A DNA stretch of 64,000 bases, taken from contig CDMY01000277.1 in assembly GCA_001179505.1 (NCBI GenBank), forward strand, positions 1-64,000, written 5' to 3'. Under the pieces are notes generated by a model. That model was not told where the DNA came from. It saw nothing but the letters and a program-made list of their open reading frames with translations, and searched no databases. The DNA is from Vitrella brassicaformis CCMP3155. Lineage: Eukaryota > Protista > Chromerida. Below, one piece after another: positions 40,701 through 50,800 of this stretch. The position numbers and the translations under genes were made by a program. How positions within the stretch are numbered: position 1 is the stretch's first letter; each line of letters opens with the position of its first letter.

Positions 40701-43574
40701 GATGCAGAGGATCACAATCGACAGGATCATGTCAAAGTCGAAGCCGCACTTAGGGCAGATCAGCTGGAACCAAGTGGGCTTGGGCTCTGGCGGGGGCGGG
40801 GGCGGCTCCTGGTCGGCTTCGTAGCTGTCAAGGATAAAAGTCTCGTTCTCGATTGAGCCCATGGCATTGGGCATGTTAAGGATAGTGACTACCAATACGA
40901 TGGAACAGAAAACACTCTCACTCATCGACGCAGTCGACACCTGAGATTATTCACCTGAGATGTTGGCAGTGATGTTGATCATTACGGTGGCTTCGCGGTA
41001 TCTCCACGGATTATGGTCGTCATCTTTGGTGAACCGATAAGAAATATTTCTTCTCAGCTTGGAAAATCCATTGATCTCAGGGAACGCTGAGAGATCTATT
41101 ATATCCCAGGCAAAGTTGACGAGGTGGACACGGCCGGAAATCTTGGAAAGCACGCTGTACACCAATAAGAAACACGTATAGGGAAAAAAAGAAGGACCTT
41201 CACTTACAATGTGTCAGCGTAATTGGACCCGTCCTCGAGCACTGAGACACAAAAAAAGCACGACATCCAGCAATTGAATCAACTGAATCAGTCTGCGCAC
41301 CCACCATCATCACCACCTCCACTGACGAAGGTATCACCGCCCCCACCTCCATAGAGGACATTGGCCTCTGAGTTCCCCATCAGAACGTCCCCACCTGTTG
41401 TCGAGCCCGTCAGCGCGTCGATCAATGTGTCTTCGGGGAGGGTCATAACTTTTGGATACTGCGACTGTGAGCAGCTGATCTCATTAGCCGACTCGAGAGA
41501 GACTGTGCAGTTTGCGGCCGCATCAAAGGGGTCGGAATCGTTCACCTTCTCAATCGCCACTTGATTGGTGTTTATGAGGGATGAAAGATCCTGCCCAATC
41601 CAAAAGTTCCGCGGCAGGAGCTGAGTAGGTTTGATATGGCGCATCTCGATTGTGTGCTCTTGGTCCAGGGCGATCTCTGTGATGGGAATGTCGCCATCGG
41701 CTTTCTCGGTCATGAGAGACATGATTGAGCTGGGTGTGTTGACGTCTGGAAATGCCCTAAGGTCCAAGATGTCAGGATAGAATCCCCTCCACCCGTAGCG
41801 TTCAGTTGAGTTCAGCCATAGGTCGGGGCTGAATTCGCTAATTTCGAGGTGGCTGGTCGTGCCCGGCGTGCGTAAGAAGACAAAGGTGTCACGCGATACA
41901 GAACCATATCGCCGTTCTTCGTCATTGCCTCCAAACAGGTGGTGTCTTCCGCCGGCTGCTTGTATGTAATCCGGGTCTGTGCCTCCTTTGATAATGCAGC
42001 TGACGCAGTCAGAGTGGAAGGACCTCAAGTCGTTGTAGCCCGTTCCTCGATAGCCACTTGCCTTGAGTACCGTCAAAGCTCCTAGGCCTTCGATCCAGAT
42101 GTTTGGGAGGTATGTGTGAATGACATCCGCATAGTCCGTGCCGATCACTTTTGCGATGGTGCTGTTTGCGTGGACGATAATGCGCTTCCCATTCTTAGCG
42201 GATGAACAGTCCAGCACCAAGACTTGTCCGGGCGGTGGGGACCAGTCCGTAGGGACTGCCGTAGTAGAGACAGCAGCTGTAGTGGACACGTCATTTGTGG
42301 TGGGCTCCTCTGTCGACGAACTACTGCTACTGCTGGACCCTGAAGAGCAAATATAAGAAAAGCCAATGAGACATGCGCAAGCTTTATTGCGTGTGCAGCA
42401 CACTCACCATCGTCTGACGTAGTCGGCTCTTCTGTTGTTGTGACCGAAGGTGCGCCAGTGGGCGATGAATCTTCATATTGTAGCTCACAGCCTTCCGTGC
42501 CGTCGTCCCCGAGCACTAAGTCAGAGATGTCCTCAAGTTCCAGTGTCCTATCAATGATCATCATCACTAGCTCGGATGCTGAGAGGCAATTGAGAGACGG
42601 ATCATGCCAGAGGATTCCGTTGCACATGAATGTGTCACGTACGCAGAGATCCAAATCTGAATCTGAACTTTGCCCGAGCGAGCTCGTTCGGTAGCACGTC
42701 CTTGATGCAAAGCCAGTCGGCATTATCGAGCTGCATCGTGGTGTCTGTGAGATTATCCGTAAGAAGGGGCTCAACAGCAGACCACTGGAAGAGTGCATAG
42801 AAGGCCCCGACGTCGATGAAGTCTCCGGAAGCGGGCATCATGTCATATATTGTGTTAAATGACCCGTTCACGCTGCGGGCTGGTATAAACTTATCTGTCT
42901 CACTATCGTTGCCGCCGACGAGGACATTCTGCGGTCCTCCAGACGGGTAAAGCCAATCGGCTCCTTCCCCACCGTCGAGTTGGCACCGAAGGTGGTACGA
43001 CAGCTTGCAATAGAGAGAGTCGGTTCCGTTGAGTCCATCCAATCGAATGTCCGAGACATAAGTGAGTACATCAAATCACACATTCTTTGCTTATCCGTCG
43101 GTTCTTGATAGTCTGTCTTGCCTTCTGATTTCGTCGTTAAAGTTGGTCCCTTGCACTCTGTTGATTGGGCACTTCCTACCTTGGTAATCAGTCTCCCTCA
43201 TGTTATATCCCGGCCTCCGGTGGATGCGAGGGAGCAATTCAAGGTGAGTTTGTCGGGTTCATCTCCCTCATCCACGACGCAGCCCTCCAATCGATCACCC
43301 TCGACTCCATAATCATTCTCAATATCCACACATTTATTATAGAGCAGGTCCGCAAGAGAAACATTTGCTGCTGAGGCACAGCATTGAAAGCAAACACATC
43401 ACACATGTGCTTCTGAATCACATCCATGATGATATGTCGCTTACACGACGTGAGAAGGCGGATGCTGCTCGAATCGTTGACAGGTGCCTTGGCATTGCCA
43501 GATGGATGGATTGCAAAGTAGGAAAGGCACAGGATAAGACACTGCAAGACCAAAGACCAGAAGAGGCCGGCCAT
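37734..43574 (-). CDS. RTX-like Ca-binding repeat + polytopic membrane protein, copy A (no FG-GAP; 5' lesions, possibly pseudogene)
   Basis: Signal peptide MAGLFWSLVLQCLILCLSYFA. RTX-like LDGGEGADWL and YGGGGGDTFVSGGGDD. About 10 TM segments collinear with copy B. In-frame TGA at 43198-43200 followed by a frameshift. Confidence 0.65.
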
Positions 43575-43589
43575 GCTGCCCCCTCCCGC

Positions 43590-43815
43590 AGCTCGCATAG
43601 GCCCCCGCCCGCCCCCCAGTCTCTCCCGCGGCGCCCGTCGCCGGGAGGCCGTGGAACCTCGGCGTTGCCGCACTCGATATCGTCCCGCTCGTATTCTTGT
43701 ACGTCGGTATGCAAGAATCGAGCGGGACGGCATCTGAATGCCATCAATGTGTGCGTTGTGTGCAGCGCTGGAGTCCGAGAAATGGGCGCTTTCTGAGCTG
43801 GGCTCCGTCAGGGAT
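43590..43815 (+). pseudogene. 5' fragment (promoter + exon 1) of the P membrane-gene family, start codon lost
   Basis: gctcgcataggccccc...GGG AGG CCG TGG AAC CTC GGC GTT GCC GCA CTC GAT ATC GTC CCG CTC aligns with the P1/P2 starts, with ATG replaced by GGG. It then breaks into CCT3 upstream sequence. Confidence 0.8.
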
Positions 43816-43895
43816 TCAACCTTGGAGTGTCGGAGACGGGGGGAGGGGGCGAGTTGCTAAAGCTCGCGTACTTGACAGAAGAAGATCTGAACACG

Positions 43896-44893
43896 ATGAT
43901 ACGGCCGCAGGCTGCTCCTGTAGTCGTGCTGCGGCAGAACACCAAACGCGAGCAGGGACGGAAGGCCCAGCTGGCGAACATACAGGCAAGCGACGCCCAG
44001 CTGCATGCCGTTGGATAGATCTGCACACGCACATGACCCTTGCTGTGTGTACGTCAGGCTGGCAAGACGATAGCTGACATTGTGCGTACGACACTCGGCC
44101 CGAAGTCGATGCTCAAGATGCTTCTGGACCCCATGGGCGGCATCGTCATGACCAACGACGAGAGCGCCATGCTCAGAGAGGTACGGGTGGCACACGCAAA
44201 GATGCGTAGATGCCGCACTCGTCATTGCCTTTCTCTGTTGCGGTGTGATTTGCAGGTTGACGTGGCTCACCCCGCCGCCAAGTCGATGATAGAGCTGAGC
44301 CGCTCGCAGGACGAGGAAGTGGGAGACGGAACGACCTCAGTGGTCGTCCTCGCCGGTACGCATATATACATCCACACACCCACTCATGTGCCCATAAGTG
44401 ACGCCCATACGGTGGTGGTGGTGGTGCGCGCATGTGTCGTTGTTCAGGCGAGATTTTGGCTGTGGCCGAGCACTTTTTGGGTCGCAACATGCACCCCACA
44501 ATCATCGTGGCGGGATACATCCAGGTCACCAGACGGACGACGGGATTGTAAGACTCGTTTCGACACATCGTGGCCATCTCATTGCCTTGCTGTGTGTCAG
44601 GCTTTGGATGACGCGTTGAAGATCCTCAGCGAGATCGCCACGCCCATCGATGCTTCCGACGACAAGCGATTCACCGAGATCGTCCACACATGTACACACC
44701 CACACAACCACACAACCACATCCACACATTCGCGAGACCGACACGCGACTGGGTCTGTGTGCCGTTGTGTGGGTCAGGCATCGACACTAAGTTTTCCGCC
44801 CGTTGGGGCAACATGATCAGCGACTTGGCTGTCAAGGCCGCCAAGTGCGTCACGATCGAGCTGCCTAATGGCAAGAGGGAAATCGACATCAAG
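43896..44893 (+). pseudogene. CCT3: 5'-only duplicate of CCT3 (first ~5 exons)
   Basis: Near-identical exons and introns to 55806-56796, ending at [15 protein letters not shown] is changed to TNDESAMLRE. No downstream CCT3 exons. Confidence 0.88.
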
Positions 44894-45834
44894 GTGAAGC
44901 AGCCAGCAGCCGTTCGGTGATTGAGGGAGCTGCGGAATCAAGCGACGGACGGAGCTGACCCTTTCAGATAGATACCTTCAGCGTGTATCGAGTGCCTGCA
45001 CCTACCGGCCTGGCCGAGCGGCAGCTCTGCATGCATCAAGCGAGCATCAGGCGGAATAGCACAACGAGGTCTGGTGGAGAGATGGGTGCTCACCACTATG
45101 GCAAGGCAGCCGGCTGAAGGGCAGAATGGATGGATGGATGGATGGATGGGATGGAGTAGGGAGAGGAGCGCAACACACGGACGGACGGCTTGATTGATTG
45201 AGACAGGCCGAGTTGACTGAGCTGCGTGGAGCGAGTGACTGACCGTCAGCCCGGCGGCAAGTTCGGTCATGGCCAACAACGGCCGTCTGCACGGCCCTGA
45301 CAAGCAGACAGAGATGGACGGTTAGCTAGTTACCTACGAGTGGCAGTGGGTGGGCGAGTGGAGGAGAATTACTGAGGCATAGAGTTGTGGTGGAAATGGC
45401 TGGCTGCAGTCCTATGTAGGGCGAGGGCAAGACCAGCACAGGAATGATATTACTGGGTGATTGTGCGTACGGATGGTGTGCCTGTGTGCTGTCCGGTGGT
45501 CATGATGATGGGTGCGTGGTTTATATGTAGTTTGTGTGTATGTATAGGACGTGGGTAGGAAGAGGTGTGTGTGTGTGTGTGTGTTAGAAAGGTTGAGCAT
45601 GACGAGAAGCTTGCGTCCATTGCACGCAGAGTGACCTAACACGCCAATGGACACAGAAATGCGCCAAGATGGCTCCATTCACATCAACCTCACCTACCGT
45701 CCACTGCAAGACACACACACACAGACACACAAGCAGGAATGAACGCCGTGCACTCGTCCCTCGCCTATCCCCTCGTTCGATGAGGAAGTCAGTGTTGGCC
45801 TGCTGCAACTCCTCGCTCCACCGCAGGATACACA

Positions 45835-45868
<34 letters not shown>

Positions 45869-45984
45869 CAGAGAGAGAGACACAGACACACACAGGGGAG
45901 AGACAGAGAGAGTAAGGACGGGCAGCATTGCATGTATAGTCAATTGTCGTGTGGGTCTGTCTCCCTCCTCTCGTTCATTAGTTG

Positions 45985-46019
<35 letters not shown>

Positions 46020-46224
46020 TATGTGTGTGCGTCAATTGGCGTGCGTGCGTGTATGTCTGTCTGTCTGTGTGTGCCAGTGCCAGGCGGGTATCGCCCTTGT
46101 TCTGCAGTGCCGACCGACACCTTGCTCATGACCGCGATGGTGTTGCGGCACCTTTCCCCCAGCAGGATGACAACTAGGACCTTCCGTCGGCTCCTCCAAA
46201 TTTTCCTTACCAGCACCAAATCTT

Positions 46225-46609
46225 CCTTACGGGGGTTGCACACCGTCTCGTCAATCGACAGGATCAAGCAGCCCGCCTGGAAACACGGACGTGTATGGTG
46301 GGTGTGGGGAAATGGGTGTGTGAGTGTGGGGGGGTTGGTGTGAGGATAGACCTGAGTTTCGCTTTTTCTTGACCATAGGCCTCAGTTTCATATGTGGCTC
46401 TCGTATGTGTCACAGATGCCGCCACCAGCGGTTCTCGGCTGAGAGCCACACACACACCTTGACACACACACACACAGGGAGACATGCATGTTCGTGTCAA
46501 CTCGCCCGAATACCTCCCCATTGTGTGCGTGTATGTCTGCACACGTACGTTTGGCCTGAGCGTGCCTTTGTCGCAGCATGTTGAGCAGATCGGTGGCGTC
46601 CAAAGCTAC
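46225..46609 (-). pseudogene. CCT7: Decayed 3' fragment of chaperonin CCT7 (TCP-1 eta)
   Basis: LDATDLLNMLRQRHAQ|..ENRW[deletion]GGICDTYESHI*(W->TGA)..MVKK|AGCLILSIDETVCNP matches the CCT-eta C-terminus (DATNILNKLRARHAQ...WEPAMV...AACLIVSVDETIKNP). Introns are retained. Confidence 0.75.
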
Positions 46610-46817
46610 CTGATACGAAAACACAAGACAGCATACGAGGTGGCGGTGCTGTGCGGGCTGTGCAGGTTGTGCGGATCCAGCGGCTTACCGTCATCAAGGA
46701 AGTCTTTGTCTCCATCACGACGGTAAGAGAATATCATCAACGAAATCTCTCTCGGTAGCTCGCATGGGCCCCCGTCAATTGCCCCCAGTCTCCCGATTCG
46801 CCGGCCTTTCCCTCACC

Positions 46818-47564
46818 ATGAGGCCGTGGCACCTTGCCGTTGCCGCACTCGATATCGTCCCGCTCGTATTTTTATGTGTCGGTACGCAACTTCTTCTTCT
46901 GGCGCTCCCATCAACGTGTGGGTTGTGTGCAGCGCTGGAGTCGGAGAAATGGGTGCTTTCGGGAGTCGGGTCCGTAGTGGATTCACCATTGTCCTTTTCC
47001 TTCTTCGTCGCTGGCATTGTTTGCCTCGGAGTATCCGTGTGCGGCAAGTGAGTGCCAGCAATCTTCAGTAGGGCATCGTGTATGGCATTCTTCTCCGCAT
47101 GTAGCCTCCTCATGTCATATTACGTCGAGGACCTCCGCATCGTGCTGCTGTCACTTGTCGGTGCAATCTTCCACTGCGCCGTTGTGCTGATGGTGTCTCC
47201 TATAATTGTCTCCTGGCGGATAGCGCATTGTTTTCTGGCGGGTGGTACGTGCCCGGATGAGGGAGAGTCGCCCTTCTTTGTCAAACTCACCACGCCAGCC
47301 AAGTGGATTGCCTTCTTTCTTCTCCTCATAGGTAAACCAGTTGTCACGAATGCTATCGATCCCTCTGTGTACCCGTGATGTTTGCATACAGGCTATGGCT
47401 ACTGGTTGGGGGCGAACTTCTTGGATGAAGGCAGGCTCGAATTTGAGGAGGCCGGCATCCTAGGTGGGCAGATAGATAGGTGCTTGTGTGTATACACATC
47501 TGCACGACTGCATGTCTACAGCGACGGTTGGTATTGGTCTCATTATCCCTTCACTGGCCATTGA
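46818..47564 (+). CDS. Orphan multi-pass membrane protein, copy P2
   Basis: MRPWHLAVAALDIVPLVFLCVGTQLL...FFVAGIVCLGVSVCG|...EDLRIVLLSLVGAIFHCAVVLM...; homologous to P1. Confidence 0.6.
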
Positions 47565-47879
47565 GCATGTGAGGCTGTGTCTCAAGGGCTTTCCCACCAA
47601 GGACGTTCAACAGCTCGGTGAAGATATAGTAGCAAGTATTCCAGCTAGAGTGTAAGACCGGAGGAATGCAGAGTGCTCTGCATGTTATTCATCGGCAAAT
47701 TGAATGGCCTTTCCGACTGAGTGAAGAATAGACAACGGATTGGCTTGTACCCAGCCCAATAGCATTAGTCGCAGACACCCTCATACAGAAAGGCCACTAA
47801 GGAAAACGGACTAAATGATGTACAAACACCAAAGTGTCCGACTGCACTGCCGTGTCGTTTTGAACAGACTGAAAAACTA

Positions 47880-50800
47880 TCAGTCTCCGACTATCTGCTC
47901 GACGGCAATGGACGATTCAACTATCACGTCTCGCCACAATAACATGGCCAACCACAAGAGGAGGATCAAGGCTGCAATCACTGATATCAGCGACGCGCAG
48001 AAGAAAAAACCCTTCATCTGCACGATACGTGCGTAGCTGAATGAACACACATACAATTGAAGCACATTCGTGTTTGCTGACCTTTTCGAGGCCTTTGTGC
48101 TTTTCTTCATCCTTCTCGCGACGCAGGCGAAGGAATGTGTACAGAAGCCCTGCACCGAAACAGTTGCACGGCCCATCAGCACACACACACACACACACAC
48201 ACAAAACTGAAGAAGTCTGACAGTGGGTCCTTTTGATCTCGGGAACGCACCCGGAACGTCACAGCAGAGAGCTGCTACGGGCAGAATGATACGAGCCCAG
48301 ATTTCCGAGCACGCATACAGGCACATGAGGCTGCAAAACATATGCGAAGGGATGGGCTGTATGTCTGGCACTGTCTGCTGTGTTCATGTGCGCATACATT
48401 GGATCAAAGGGAACACCATCGGAGGGAAGACAAATATCGGGCTGGCTGCAGAGGTCTGCATTGGGTCTGAATTTGTCCATATAACGTTTGTCCAGACGTG
48501 AGGCTCGAAGGACGGGGCCAACGATGCCGAGGAAGACAACACTGCCGACGGTGATGTAGATGAGGCCAACGATGCACAGGGCCCTCTCATACCTGCGGAG
48601 CATTCATGTCGCAAGACATCTTGAAATTTCTGTCTACTTCTATCCATACATACGGCCTGGTTGCAGAGGGCAGGTAGAGGAGGCCGATTAAGGGCACCGT
48701 CAGCAGGAACAAGGTCATGTATGCCCAGGCGACGGAGACAAAGATTCGATGGGGCACCGAATCGCCCTCCAAAGCCTTCTTCTGCGGAGGGGACAACAAC
48801 ACGGATAATATGCACATAGGAGAGACATGCCTGCCATCTGTACTCACGATTGCCTTTTGGAATCGGAGTGATCGAAGGAGCACTGAAATCTGGAGACACT
48901 CTCGGAGAGAGACATATGTGCATTGACCATTCATCACTGTTCTTGCACCTCGGGAATCCCGGTATCTCTGAGCGATTGTTGGCGAAAGAATTCCATAAAG
49001 ATTCCGAGCATCACTTTTTCCTGAGACAAAAAAATCAGCTCCTTGTGTGTCTCGACTCGTCAGGTACCTTATCGCCATGGAACTCCTCGAGTGAATTGTT
49101 GAGACTGCCGACTGCCACACAAGACACCACGATGTCGTGTCTCCCTTCAACGTGTCTCCCTTCAACGCGTGCGCGCATTTGCGTGTCTCGCTCACCCATG
49201 TCTGATGCGAATCAGATGCTGATGGTGAAGGCACTGATCGACAGATGCAGAGTGCTGTGCTCCTTGCCCATTGCTCATGATGCGTGTGAAAAAAAGTATG
49301 CATACATGTCAAAGCCAGTGGATCGGAAGGGGGACTCATCGTTGAAGAACACATAGAGAAGCGGCAAGGCCGAAGTGACAATAGTGAACACAGCGGTCAC
49401 CAGCACACCCGTCGGCCACCGGTAACGTTTAGAAGATTCGTTTGCCATCTTTTCAGCGTCATCTTCACGTAGCCTCCACACCTCATCAATCAGTCGACGA
49501 ACAGTAAAATTGGCCGATTGCTCAGCGCCGCTCGAAGCATCCAGCTCCCGTTCTTCCTCTTTCTTCTTGTCGCTAGCCTCCTTCTCCCCATCTGTAAGTG
49601 AAGATTGCTCCGCACCGTGTCTAGCTCTCGAGGCATCGCGCTGGTTCTTATTCTTCTTGTCTCTGGCCTTCTTCTCCTTGGCTGCAGTTTAAATAGTGTG
49701 GGAAAGGTCGACGGAGCATTGATTGTCGATATGCACTGGCATACCCGTTTCCAGCTGGTATTCTACTCGTCGAAGCTTCTCGTCCTTGTCTTTCACTCTG
49801 TTGATCGTCACGAGCAAATCCAAGACTGGGCCTCGTTCTAAAACACGGAACAGCATCTCTTTTGCGCCTTCCGGCTGCTTGTCTTTCTCCTCCTTCTCTG
49901 CCGTCTTTGTCGTTTGCCCCTCTTTCTCCTCAGCTCCTCCTACTGTCCTCTTGAAGATGTTGCTCAGCGCAGTGCTCTTTCTCGCCGACCCGACTTCTTG
50001 TCCTGCGGCCGCTTTGGCTTGGGGTTTCTCCTCCTTCTCACTGTCCTTTCCGCGTCTTGCCGCTTGTGCACGGCCGAAGCAGATCAGTAGCACCGACCGC
50101 CAAATCGCAAGGACCTGCACGTCCTGATTCTTGCCTTTCGTGCACTGCGACATGCAGCTAAAGTAGTCTTTGAGAGGCAACCAAATCGCGAGGACCTGCA
50201 CGGAGACTGCCGCCAGGAAGAAGATAGAGTGAGACCCAAAGCCAGCCGAGCCGAAGAGTCTACATGAGCCAATGAGTCCATTCATGTGTGATTTGAGGGT
50301 GCGCATCGAAGAACACAAGTATCTTACGTGAGTCCAAACAGGAGACCGAACTGGGTGAGCTCCATGAGAGTAAGGAGAACCTTTTTCTTGTTATCGGACA
50401 ACCAGGCGCAGCAGCCGGCGAAGAAGCAGTTGAGGGATATCTTGCCTGTGTCCTCCTCACAGAGATCCTCAATGACGCCGCTGACCAGAGCGTGAAGGGT
50501 GAAGATGGCAAAGAGACCCAATGTTCGCCAAATGTCACCCTGCAATGATCCCAAACATATGTGTAGACAAGAAATGACATTCTTTTCACGCCATGTACCT
50601 CATCGACTACAAGAATGGCCACTATGTCCTGCACGGTGCACATATGCAATGAGCTTGGTGACCGATGTTGTGTGTGTCTCTGTGTGTTTCTCCCTCGGTA
50701 TCACCTCTGCCGGCGTCAAAAGACTTATGAGCAGGCCGATGTTGAACTCGCAGTCGCACCACTTCCACTTGTCGTTTGAGAGACATACAGTTGAACAGAA

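Noticed and set aside
43239-43733. 164-aa minus-strand ORF as an independent gene
   Set aside because: It is gene A exon 1 read through its intron plus the antisense of the P fragment.
49136-49165. 15-bp tandem repeat cgtgtctcccttcaa x2
   Set aside because: Probably an intronic slippage duplication; no functional signal.
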